Assembly: GCA_963721685.1 (NCBI GenBank) | Contig: CAVRJJ010000005.1 | Coordinates: forward strand, 39,943 to 103,942 | Reading direction: 5' to 3' | DNA from: an uncultured bacterium | GTDB lineage: Bacteria; Patescibacteriota; Saccharimonadia; UBA4664; SCTI01 | Length of the DNA: 64,000 nucleotides | Part shown: piece by piece, positions 1 through 8,259 of the stretch | How positions within the stretch are numbered: the stretch's first letter is position 1 | Layout of the letters: every line of letters begins with the position of its first letter | Notes under the pieces: generated by a model | What the model was told of the DNA's origin: nothing | Seen by the model: the letters and a program-made list of their open reading frames with translations, nothing else | Database searches by the model: none | Position numbers and translations under genes: made by a program

Positions 1-182
1 ATTTCACTAAAGGACGCCAGAATATGATGATCTCCGGTAATGTCGAGGAAGGTTGGCCCCACTAAAAAGCCGGTTATGATGTAACCAATTATCATAGGCT
101 GCTTGAGTGCCTTGAAAATCAAGGACACGACCGCGGCCAACACCATAATGCTACTGAGCTGATAAAACAGCGACTGTTCCAT
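1..182 (-). CDS. Cation:proton antiporter (Kef/CPA2 family), N-terminal part; runs off the window
   Basis: Manual translation MEQSLFYQLSSIMVLAAVVSLIFKALKQPMIIGYIITGFLVGP matches the CPA2 N-terminal pattern (LKQPxIIGYIxxGxxxGP). Confidence 0.8.
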   Translation of the reverse strand, partial: MEQSLFYQLSSIMVLAAVVSLIFKALKQPMIIGYIITGFLVGPTFLDITGDHHILASFSE

Positions 183-243
183 TTAAATTCCGCTTATGGT
201 TGTAGTATGACATAGAGCGGGTTAAATGATCTACACCTAGGGA

Positions 244-1275
244 TCAAGAAAGCCGAGGTAATTTGGTTTTTCCAGTGTTAACAATCAGTATTTTGGCATT
301 TTTGGGAACCTGGTTGGCCATTTGCAGCAACAAGGCTAATCCGGCGATTCCGGAGTGTTCCGCCTTAACCTTTTGGGCCCGGGCAAGGCGCATAGCCTCT
401 ATTAAAAACGGCTCTTTCACAACATACACGTCGCTTTCTTGCCCGCATGACTGGGCTATCCGATAATTACGAATCCATTGCTCGTTAAAGTGGGCAAATG
501 GTAGATGATGCGAATACAGCTTGTCGGCTTTTGAGTGGGCAAAGTTGGTAGTAGCGCCCATAAAGTTACACTGGCGCAAGACTTTAACATCACCGCTAAA
601 CCGGGGGTCGTGCTTGGTTGCCGAAATCTCAATGGCATTAATATTTACAATGTTCTCAAACAGCTGCCCCGACCCAAAAGGGATAAAACAGAAGTCGGGA
701 GAGCTGTTAATAAGCTCATAACTCAACCAATCGTAAAACCGGGTGGTTGGCCCTAAGGCTTCGTCGGAAGTGATATCAACACCGTCTTGATTGTGGGTTA
801 AAGCTAAAATCTCGCCCCAGCTTAACGCCGCCCGCGACAAGTCGGCGGTGTATACCTCGCAGCCGATTTTTTCCAGCCCAGCGATTATTTTTTGGTTAAT
901 ATTAAAGTCCAGCAGCACCTTTAGGTTGGGCAAGTTATATGTGCGCAACATAGTTTGAACGGCCACGGCCGCCGTGCCTGAAGAAATAATCGACATCTGG
1001 GGCAGGTCGCCCTTTAACTTGCCGCGGCGCTTAGCTTGCAGATACTTGCGGTAGGTTACGACAATTTCCCATGCCATGCGGTCCTTGTGCGTTCCGGTTG
1101 GGTTATAGCTCTCATCTTTCAGCCAGACGTTGGAAAACCACGGGACTTTTATCTGGTACGTCGGGGTGGCGGGAAATTTAGGTTTGCCCGGCGGAAACTC
1201 AGGTTTTTCCGGATCGTTTTCCGATGCTACGACGATGGATTGAAGAATTTCCGCTTCAAGCTCCGAGAGTGCCAC
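244..1275 (-). CDS. Fold-type II PLP-dependent enzyme (threonine synthase/cysteine synthase-like)
   Basis: WLKDESYNPTGTHKDR PLP-lysine motif, SSG motif, PFGSG phosphate loop, C-terminal NTG. Confidence 0.8.
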   Translation of the reverse strand: MALSELEAEILQSIVVASENDPEKPEFPPGKPKFPATPTYQIKVPWFSNVWLKDESYNPTGTHKDRMAWEIVVTYRKYLQAKRRGKLKGDLPQMSIISSGTAAVAVQTMLRTYNLPNLKVLLDFNINQKIIAGLEKIGCEVYTADLSRAALSWGEILALTHNQDGVDITSDEALGPTTRFYDWLSYELINSSPDFCFIPFGSGQLFENIVNINAIEISATKHDPRFSGDVKVLRQCNFMGATTNFAHSKADKLYSHHLPFAHFNEQWIRNYRIAQSCGQESDVYVVKEPFLIEAMRLARAQKVKAEHSGIAGLALLLQMANQVPKNAKILIVNTGKTKLPRLS

Positions 1276-1365
1276 AATAACGATCCCGTTCCGTTAGTGC
1301 TTTTTATTATAACCAAATGGCTCTAGAATGCTAAAATTTATTGTTGACGGCAAATAATAGGAATG

Positions 1366-1457
1366 AAAAAGACCTCTTGGCCAAATTCAAGAAAGCCAAA
1401 AGGCCTTAAGGGCAGGCGCAAAAAGCGCGTACTTCCCCGCCGAACGCGGGACTGCCC
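1366..1457 (-). other. Structured 3' element (three-way junction plus intrinsic terminator), copy A
   Basis: GGGCAG(1410-1415)/CTGCCC(1452-1457) stem encloses two hairpins; GC hairpin plus T-run follows on the minus strand; homologous to 6549-6646. Confidence 0.6.
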
Positions 1458-1477
1458 TCGGCTTTACTGGGCACAGC

Positions 1478-1816
1478 TTAGGAAGTGGCATTGTCACCCC
1501 CCGTTGTTCCGAGAGGACGTGCCGGTGATTCCCGATAACAGCGCAGGACAAACTCGGTGGTTACCTCCCATTGATCTTCAGAAACCCGAACCAGAAAACC
1601 CTGCCAGTTGAGCCCGTGGAGGTGGAACGGATGATGGTTGAAAGTGAGGCAATATGCCTCAAGCTCTTCGAGGGGGAAGGGTTCCCATCCTTTTCCGCGA
1701 TCCTGGCAGAACTTGATAATCCACCAAGCGGAAATGTCGCGCAAGGAGTTGTCGAATACCCCCATCAGCTGCTTTGTAACGTCGATATCGGAAGGACTTG
1801 GATGTTCCGGATGCAT
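1478..1816 (-). CDS. Hypothetical protein (orphan, 112 aa)
   Basis: ORF with purine-rich RBS-like sequence and downstream terminator; family not recognised. Confidence 0.65.
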   Translation of the reverse strand: MHPEHPSPSDIDVTKQLMGVFDNSLRDISAWWIIKFCQDRGKGWEPFPLEELEAYCLTFNHHPFHLHGLNWQGFLVRVSEDQWEVTTEFVLRCYRESPARPLGTTGGDNATS

Positions 1817-2034
1817 GCTCCCAACTTTCTTGAGACGTGAATGAAAGATTGCAGAACAATCGCATACAATATCATAATATTTTGATAATTACTAGCCCCT
1901 CCACATGACGAACCCGCCACAAGCGGGCCGGTTTTAGAAAACCGTTTCGTTGGAAACCAGGTCCAAGCCCCGCTCGAAGACCCGAAACTAATTGCAAAGA
2001 TGCTTACGTCTATCCCGACGAACTAAACAAACAA

Positions 2035-2112
2035 CTAAGCAACTAAGACAGGTGCAATCGCCGTTACCAAAAATGCCACCACTATTAAGACTATCGCGAT
2101 TTTTTTAACCAT
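2035..2112 (-). CDS. Putative 25-aa single-TM small protein MVKKIAIVLIVVAFLVTAIAPVLVA
   Basis: Manual translation; basic N-terminus then hydrophobic helix; below the ORF-track cutoff. Confidence 0.5.
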   Translation of the reverse strand: MVKKIAIVLIVVAFLVTAIAPVLVA

Positions 2113-2249
2113 ATTATCCTGCTAACGCTTATATGCTCATTGTTGCACCTAATACAAGAGGGTTCAAGCATATTGCATCATGACAAGTCCCGACGGAAGC
2201 TGTGTGGCAGCGCAAACTCCGTGGTCATGGTTCCTCCCTTGGTTAAGCC

Positions 2250-2978
2250 TTATAGCTTCAAACGTTCATCCAAATGCATGATCGGGTCGTACCAACCTTG
2301 ATCCAGTATGAAAGTTTGTAGCTGGCGGTCGAGACCGAAGGTTATCGCGATGCCCACGATTATCATCAGGACACCCAATCCCCGCATAAACCAGCCGTCC
2401 GGGTTGCTTGCGAGAGCCAGTTTGCGGATAAACGCCTGGCCGGCAATAGTTATCAGGAGCAGCATTAAAGCAAGTCCCAAAGCGTATGCTGCCAAGTAAA
2501 CGAGGCCTTGTGTAAATGATTGCGGCAATACGGCTGCGACAATCAAAGCATAGGTTGGGCTGCAGCTGCTAAAGACCGGCCCCAAAGCCGCCCCTATCAA
2601 GACATCTTGGAGCAGCCCCTTTTTCGCATAAGACTTTGTTAGCAATGAATCAGAGCGCAGATTTAATTTGGTTGTCACCATGACCCGCATCCACAGCTGT
2701 GGAAATAACAAGTTTAGGCCGAACAGGATGACGATAATACCGGACAGCAAGCTTAAGGCCCAAAACGGTACGCCCAGTAAAGCAGTCGTGGCTTTGAGCA
2801 GTAACGTAAATAATACAATCGAGGCAGCAAGGCTGCCGGTAATGACTAAGGGGCGGTACCACTTACGTTCGTCTGAGACCGCAATCGATCCACCCACTAT
2901 TACCGGCAGGAGGGGTAGGATGCAGGGAGCCAGCACCGTTAGTGCACCTGCAAGAAAGGCTGCAATTAACAGAGTCAT
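2250..2978 (-). CDS. ccdA: CcdA/DipZ-type disulfide-transfer membrane protein
   Basis: LAPCILPLLP and GPVFSSCSP cysteine motifs; six hydrophobic segments. Confidence 0.85.
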   Translation of the reverse strand: MTLLIAAFLAGALTVLAPCILPLLPVIVGGSIAVSDERKWYRPLVITGSLAASIVLFTLLLKATTALLGVPFWALSLLSGIIVILFGLNLLFPQLWMRVMVTTKLNLRSDSLLTKSYAKKGLLQDVLIGAALGPVFSSCSPTYALIVAAVLPQSFTQGLVYLAAYALGLALMLLLITIAGQAFIRKLALASNPDGWFMRGLGVLMIIVGIAITFGLDRQLQTFILDQGWYDPIMHLDERLKL

Positions 2979-3454
2979 TCCAGCAAGTTGGCAGCTACGT
3001 TGGCCAGTGTCGGCTTATCATAGGCCACATATTTTTTTGCAAGGTTGCCCTGGTTGTCTAATTTTATTAAAGTGGTTTGAATGGTGACACCGTATTTTTT
3101 GCGTAAGTCTTGACTGCTATCATAATCGACTTTAAAAATCGTAACGCCGTCGGGCACTCCACTAGCCTTAATGTCGTTCTCTAGTTTGCGGCATTGGGGG
3201 CACCACGGTGCATGGAAAAATAAGATGCTCGTGCCTGCCGTAGCGGCTACTTTGTCCGCGGAATATGCTTCATACGCACCAGGCTGAGTCTGAGGGCTTG
3301 ATTCCGTCCTTGCCGGTGGTTGCGGCATAGAAGCGGTTTTCTTGGTAGTTTGGGTCGGCAGCGCGTTGTCCTTGGCTGGCTTGAAGCCCGCGTAAACAGC
3401 CGCGCTAACTATACAGACAATTGCTGCAACCGCGATAAATGTAAGCTTATTCAT
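2975..3454 (-). CDS. Membrane-anchored thioredoxin-family protein
   Basis: FHAPWCPQC motif, N-terminal TM segment; overlaps the ccdA start. Confidence 0.9.
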   Translation of the reverse strand: MNKLTFIAVAAIVCIVSAAVYAGFKPAKDNALPTQTTKKTASMPQPPARTESSPQTQPGAYEAYSADKVAATAGTSILFFHAPWCPQCRKLENDIKASGVPDGVTIFKVDYDSSQDLRKKYGVTIQTTLIKLDNQGNLAKKYVAYDKPTLANVAANLLE

Positions 3455-3626
3455 GCTTAAATGATAACAGATCAGATTTTCACGGTATTGAAGTTACTAC
3501 TCGGAAAAACCTAAACTAAGACGGGCGCAGTCGCCGTTAAAAAAGCTAGCAAATGATTTCAGGCTTGCACGAAAGGGCCTGGGGCCGGCACCGGAATAAC
3601 TTCCGATGCCGACGCGCTAGCGAGTA

Positions 3627-5423
3627 TTAATCTACCAGGCCTTCTAGCTGCCTCAACCGGGTGTAAAGCCCGTTTTGGCGTTGCAACTGTTCGTGGGTGC
3701 CGATCTCCTCGATCCGCCCTTGCTTCAAAACAATTACCACATCAGCCTTGGCAATCGTTGAAAAGCGGTGGGCAATTACCAGCACGGTCGATTGGCGGCT
3801 GGCCGTGAGCTGCTCCAGCTGCCGACTGATCAGCAGTTGGCTTTCCGGATCCAAGCTCGACGTAGGCTCATCCAATACCAGAATTGGCGGCTTGCGCAGC
3901 AGGGCTCGCGCGATAGCTACCCGTTGCCGCTGTCCGCCTGAAAGCACAATCCCCCGTTCCCCTACAATGGTCTCGTAAGAGTGAGGGAGCTGCTCGATAA
4001 ACGTAGCAGCATCGGCCTTCCGAGCGGCTTCTTCAATCTGTTCAGATGTCGCACCTGGCTGAACCATGCCGATATTGGCTTTGACTGAGCGGTCGAACAA
4101 GCCGGGCTCCTGAGGAACAGTACCGAGCATAATGCGGCGGTACCGCTTGTCATCGATTTCACGCAAGTCGACTCCATCCACCAGAATACGGCCCTTGGTA
4201 GGGTCATACTGGTGAAGCAGCAGCCTCGCGAGCGTTGACTTACCTCCGCCCGATTCACCAACCAGCGCAACCGTAGTGCCCGGCTCGATGGTTAGATTGA
4301 TGTCGTGAAGAGCTGTTTTCTTGGCTCCAGGATAGCGAAAGCTCACCCCTTCTACCTGAATCCGCCCCTCAACATGCTTGGGCCACTTGGGACGGGAAGG
4401 AGGCTTAATACTTGCCTCCGTCTCGAACAACTGCACCAGTTCTTTCAGCGCTTCCAATCCTTCGTTCAAGATGTATTGGAAGGCACCATAGCGCCAGATG
4501 TTACCGTAGATGCGTTGCATCCAGGCATTGGCCAAGACGACATTACCGATGCTTACGCCGCTTTTCCAGGCAAAGTAAGAAGCCAGGATGAAGCTGGCCT
4601 GCGACAACACGATCAATTGATCTTGCTGCCACACATAGTGCCGGAATTTGGCATGGCGCGGTGTTTCGGTTTCCCAGTGCTCGGTCAGCAAGCGGTCGTG
4701 CGCAGAACTTAAGTCGTCCTCAAGCCCCTGCTCTTTAATGACCATAGCTGCCGAAGCAAGCTCGGAATCACTTTGTTCGATCCGCTTAGTGTAGCTACGA
4801 AATTCCTTCCGTAGCGGGCTCACTTTTCTTTCGGTTCGAAGCGCCGCCAGCAGGTAGGTTGCGATTGTCAGTACCGCCAATACTCCGTAGAGCCAGCCGA
4901 TAAAGAAAATCCCGATAGCGACGAAGACCAATCGAAAGGTCATCGGCACAATGTCATAGACGAAGTTGTCGAGCATGTAATCGACCTTCTTGTGGTTCTT
5001 TGACAAGGTCGACTCCTTCCGCCCGGTGGAGTTGGCAACATGCCAATCGGCCCCCAATGCGAGCTGCTTGCGAGTTCCATGCCCGTTCAGGATGATGTAG
5101 AACAGCCACATCGTGCTATTGCGAACAACATCCATCCGGTACTGCGCCAGGTTGGCAAACGTAAATATTACAATTGCCAAGATGACGGTGGCTCCAATGA
5201 AGTTTGTACGGTCAAGCCCGAAGATGAAATGCGCTTCGGCGGGCGCCGAAAGGGCATCGATCAACAGCTTAATCGGATAAACTTCAATGAGCATGAGCAA
5301 CTCAGCTACCACCAGCCAGAAAAGTGACTTCCAGGCCAGCGGTCGAAATTGACCCAACTTAGCACGGCTAACGGGGTCTTTTCGAAGCGATCGCCACAAC
5401 CTGCGAAGAATATCCAGATTCAT
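3627..5423 (-). CDS. ABC exporter, fused permease plus ATPase (MsbA/multidrug type)
   Basis: Walker A GESGGGKS, LSGGQRQR signature, LDEPTSSLD, IAHR; N-terminal TM domain; AAGGAG RBS. Confidence 0.95.
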   Translation of the reverse strand: MNLDILRRLWRSLRKDPVSRAKLGQFRPLAWKSLFWLVVAELLMLIEVYPIKLLIDALSAPAEAHFIFGLDRTNFIGATVILAIVIFTFANLAQYRMDVVRNSTMWLFYIILNGHGTRKQLALGADWHVANSTGRKESTLSKNHKKVDYMLDNFVYDIVPMTFRLVFVAIGIFFIGWLYGVLAVLTIATYLLAALRTERKVSPLRKEFRSYTKRIEQSDSELASAAMVIKEQGLEDDLSSAHDRLLTEHWETETPRHAKFRHYVWQQDQLIVLSQASFILASYFAWKSGVSIGNVVLANAWMQRIYGNIWRYGAFQYILNEGLEALKELVQLFETEASIKPPSRPKWPKHVEGRIQVEGVSFRYPGAKKTALHDINLTIEPGTTVALVGESGGGKSTLARLLLHQYDPTKGRILVDGVDLREIDDKRYRRIMLGTVPQEPGLFDRSVKANIGMVQPGATSEQIEEAARKADAATFIEQLPHSYETIVGERGIVLSGGQRQRVAIARALLRKPPILVLDEPTSSLDPESQLLISRQLEQLTASRQSTVLVIAHRFSTIAKADVVIVLKQGRIEEIGTHEQLQRQNGLYTRLRQLEGLVD

Positions 5424-5557
5424 GAGAATCTCCTTTCCGTGGTTAGTTAGACCCGTCTAGCGCAGTGCCTTGGGCAGAAAATGCCGAAAGCACTGAACTA
5501 GATAGGTCTTAATCTGGATAAAACGCATTTGTAACGTAATAAATGAAATTTGAATGA

Positions 5558-5568
5558 TGTTAAAGAGC
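5558..5568 (-). promoter_or_regulatory. boxA-like antitermination motif GCTCTTTAACA
   Basis: Matches the rrn boxA core, in the ABC exporter leader. Confidence 0.45.
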
Positions 5569-5579
5569 TGTTAGAAACT

Positions 5580-5607
5580 AAAAAAGCTTGGCGTCGGTGC
5601 CAAGCTT
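5580..5607 (-). terminator. Intrinsic terminator/attenuator in the ABC exporter leader
   Basis: AAGCTTGGC-ACCGAC-GCCAAGCTT-TTTT on the minus strand, nested in a longer GAGCTGTTAG/CTAACAGCTC stem. Confidence 0.7.
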
Positions 5608-5639
5608 CCTGCTAACAGCTCAAAAAGATCATGCTAACT

Positions 5640-5741
5640 TCAACTAATGCACCTTGCCTTGCGCGCGGCAACCGCGCCCGCTGCGTTGGTTACGCAGAAG
5701 GTCGTACCGGTAGTATTTGGTTGGTTAAAAATTATTAACAT
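5640..5741 (-). CDS. Putative leader peptide MLIIFNQPNTTGTTFCVTNAAGAVAARKARCIS
   Basis: 33-codon ORF between a sigma70-like promoter and a terminator, upstream of the ABC exporter. Confidence 0.45.
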   Translation of the reverse strand: MLIIFNQPNTTGTTFCVTNAAGAVAARKARCIS

Positions 5742-5750
5742 AGTGGTACA

Positions 5751-5780
5751 AGTCTATAACATAAGAGCAATTATTGTCAA
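5751..5780 (-). promoter_or_regulatory. Sigma70-like promoter
   Basis: TTGACA-N16-TATAGA with extended TG (or N18-TAGACT). Confidence 0.55.
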
Positions 5781-5810
5781 ATTTAGCCGGTGCTAGTGCC
5801 ATATGGGGAG

Positions 5811-6419
5811 CTACTTACTGGCACTCACTTCAGCAGGCTCAGGTGCATTGTTGTATGAATCTAGTGACTTTAGAAACACTCCTCTCTCAATGGGATCAGG
5901 GATTAAATTTTCGATGCTTCTAAGCACATCCTCCTTAAGCGTAACTTGGTCATTCCTGTTCCAGGATTCTGGCCTATCGACTAAGATTTTTCCCTCCGGA
6001 TGTGGGGCATTAGAATCCAAATTTGGAAAGGCAGTTAACCTCGATGCAGGCACCATAACGATATCGGAGTTAGCTACGTCCTCTACCTCAGTGGATACTG
6101 CAGGATTTACTATTCCGGTAGGCATATCCGATTCTTGAAAAAATCCATCCTCAAATGCTTTTTTACGCCTTTCAGCTTCGACGCTCGTAATGTCCACTAT
6201 GCGTCCGGAAGTCCTATCTACATGCAAAATAATAGGATATGAAAAACACTTCTTATTATCAACTATTCCCAAGAAAGCTAAGACATTGTCAACGACGGAT
6301 TTAACTTTTGAAGCTAATATTTCAGAATTATGGTTAAGCGCATCAGCGACCTCCTGCCCTCCGGAAAAAGTCGCTTCTGTGTGCTCATTATTTGGATCTT
6401 GTGTTTCGGCCATATGCAC
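5811..6419 (-). CDS. Hypothetical acidic protein (distal cassette of the tRNA-Asp array)
   Basis: 202-aa ORF, visibly AT-richer than neighbours; family not recognised. Confidence 0.7.
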   Translation of the reverse strand: MHMAETQDPNNEHTEATFSGGQEVADALNHNSEILASKVKSVVDNVLAFLGIVDNKKCFSYPIILHVDRTSGRIVDITSVEAERRKKAFEDGFFQESDMPTGIVNPAVSTEVEDVANSDIVMVPASRLTAFPNLDSNAPHPEGKILVDRPESWNRNDQVTLKEDVLRSIENLIPDPIERGVFLKSLDSYNNAPEPAEVSASK

Positions 6420-6501
6420 TGACTCAATAATATCAACATACTAACATAGGCTTGTTAGGTAGCACCTTATTATACTTTTGACGGAAGAGGCCATATGTAA
6501 T

Positions 6502-6536
6502 TTTTCATGGTGGGAGCTTACTGGCGATTTCGAACT
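6502..6536. repeat. Repeat R1 (partial; one tRNA-3'-like arm)
   Basis: TTTTCATGGTGGGAGCTTACTGGCGATTTCGAACT, near-identical to 7241-7276 and 8224-8259. Confidence 0.85.
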
Positions 6537-6548
6537 TACTGCTGAAAA

Positions 6549-6646
6549 GTAAGAGGCCCCATGGCCTCACTTTCATGAAAGCCAAAGGGCCTTTTTGGGC
6601 AGTGCAGCATCATCGATGTGCTTACTCGCAGTATGCGAGCCTGCCC
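6549..6646 (-). other. Structured 3' element, copy B
   Basis: GGGCAG(6597-6602)/CTGCCC(6641-6646) stem encloses two hairpins, then a terminator-like hairpin; homologous to 1366-1457. Confidence 0.6.
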
Positions 6647-6663
6647 TTCTTCTGCTTGTCGTC

Positions 6664-7017
6664 CTAGGCGGTGAATCGCCGCTGAACCACGAACACGATG
6701 CGCTGCCTCTTGGGGTCAGCGCTCGATCCAACGATGGTCCCGCCACAATGGGCTCCTAGCCAATTGGTGGCGATTTCCTCCGCCTCGGAGATGGATCCGA
6801 CGCCGATGCCCACCCTGCCGAGTACCTCGGCGTCATTGATGTTGACGATCGCGGCGGCGTTGTTGTAAGCCATGGCCGTCCATAGGCCAGGACCTCCCTG
6901 GAAGAAGACCATAATGGTCGCGATTCCTCTCCCATCGAAGTGATCTTCAGGAATGGTGACCGGTCCCTGATGCCTGACCCTGTCCGAGCCATCAAAGCAG
7001 AGAGCAGTAGATGTCAT
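6664..7017 (-). CDS. Hypothetical protein (cassette, 117 aa)
   Basis: ORF with GGAG RBS, own promoter and structured 3' end; GC-rich codons. Confidence 0.7.
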   Translation of the reverse strand: MTSTALCFDGSDRVRHQGPVTIPEDHFDGRGIATIMVFFQGGPGLWTAMAYNNAAAIVNINDAEVLGRVGIGVGSISEAEEIATNWLGAHCGGTIVGSSADPKRQRIVFVVQRRFTA

Positions 7018-7078
7018 TTTGACTCCAGCAGATTTTTGTCATGCCAGGACTTTGCGGTTTTGATATCTGTGGCTATAT

Positions 7079-7107
7079 ATTATAGCATAATCTAATGAAT
7101 AAGTCCA
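7079..7107 (-). promoter_or_regulatory. Sigma70-like promoter abutting repeat R2
   Basis: TGGACT-N17-TATAAT with extended TG. Confidence 0.6.
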
Positions 7108-7108
7108 G

Positions 7109-7276
7109 ATGGCGGGCCCGACCGGATTGTGTCTTCGCCACCTCCGCTCGCCTATCGGCTCGACTACAACGAACCGCGGTTTCGAATCTGAGCTAAAGCT
7201 CAGCATGAAACAAAAGCACCACCTGATGATAGCGCACTTGTTTTCATGGCGGGAGCTTACTGACGATTTTCGAACT
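7109..7276. repeat. Repeat R2 (full composite tRNA-Asp-3'-derived repeat)
   Basis: ATGGCGGGCCCGACCGGATT identical to 8715-8734, 41-nt insert, CGAACC, then imperfect palindrome; colinear with 8092-8259. Confidence 0.9.
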
Positions 7277-7325
7277 TTGAGAACAATAAATGCGTAGAGC
7301 AACGTAAGAGCCCCATCGGCTTTCG

Positions 7326-7964
7326 CTAATGGGGCAGTTCTGGGCAGTTGTGGTGAGAGCGGCTGTGAACCGCACTGCTTGGCGAGCCGCCGTACCGGTT
7401 GAACCCTCTACGACTGGCGGTAGCGCCTCTTCCTTCTTGTGAGGGGCATGGGCCTCGTACCTCGCGAGAACGCCATCCGCAGTGCATGTCGACGTCCGAG
7501 AAGAGCGAAGTTGCCGCCTCGAGATGGCCATCTCCGATAGCTCCGAAGGCGAGCAGCTCGTCGGGGCAAATCGACTTCCGCGCCAGTGACGACAATGAGC
7601 CTGATGTTCGTAGGCATGAACCCCGAAACCAGCGTGGGGATTGTAGAGAGGCTTCCTGGTCACGACGGTCAGGGCAACCTGTCGGCTCCCCCATCTTCTT
7701 CCAGACCTTGGGGTCGGTGAAGTTGAGGACGAAGCCCCGGTAGAGGGAGCGCTGCACGCCCTCGGTGGAGCGTAAGCCGAGGCCAAACGCCCACCCTCCG
7801 AGCTCCTGATGATGGGTGAAGCACCTCCTCGCTCTTCTCGGGAATCCGGCCTTCGGTCTCCATGAGGGGCAGAATGCCTCTCGGGGGGTACAGCAGACCG
7901 CCCGCTAGGCCGATACCAATGAATATGTCCAAGCAGGGAACACGGCGTCTTCCTTTCCTCTCAT
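7326..7964 (-). pseudogene. Probably degraded GC-rich gene (cassette between R2 and R3)
   Basis: Several overlapping ORF fragments in different frames after an AAAGGA RBS-like site; no single continuous ORF. Confidence 0.4.
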
Positions 7965-8091
7965 GAGTAGGCGGAAATAGGTACTATATTTATAAAGTTA
8001 TTACAACCATGGGTGTAGGTGAATGTTAGACTAATCTATTCGGTTGGAGGTGTTTAAATGAATAGCTTTGCGGGGGGGTCATAAGTGCTAG

Positions 8092-8259
8092 GGCGGGCCC
8101 GACCGGATTGTGGCTAGCGCCACCTCCGCTCCCCTATCGGGTCGCTACAACGAACCGCGGTTTCGAATGACGAGCAAGCTCCCGCCATGAAAACAAAAGC
8201 ACCACCTGTGGGTGGCGCACTTGTTTTCATGGCGGGAGCTTATTAACGATTTTCGAACT
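8092..8259. repeat. Repeat R3 (full composite tRNA-Asp-3'-derived repeat)
   Basis: GGCGGGCCCGACCGGATT, 41-nt insert, CGAACC; perfect 21-bp inverted repeat 8176-8196/8221-8241. Confidence 0.9.

Noticed and set aside
1900-2030. Open plus-strand frame ending at ~2026
   Set aside because: No convincing start or family signal; at most a gene remnant.
6502-8259. R1-R3 as CRISPR repeats, functional tRNAs or intron-containing tRNAs
   Set aside because: Repeats are ~168 bp and separated by whole genes; they contain only T-arm/acceptor 3' sequence, with no D-arm or anticodon arm.
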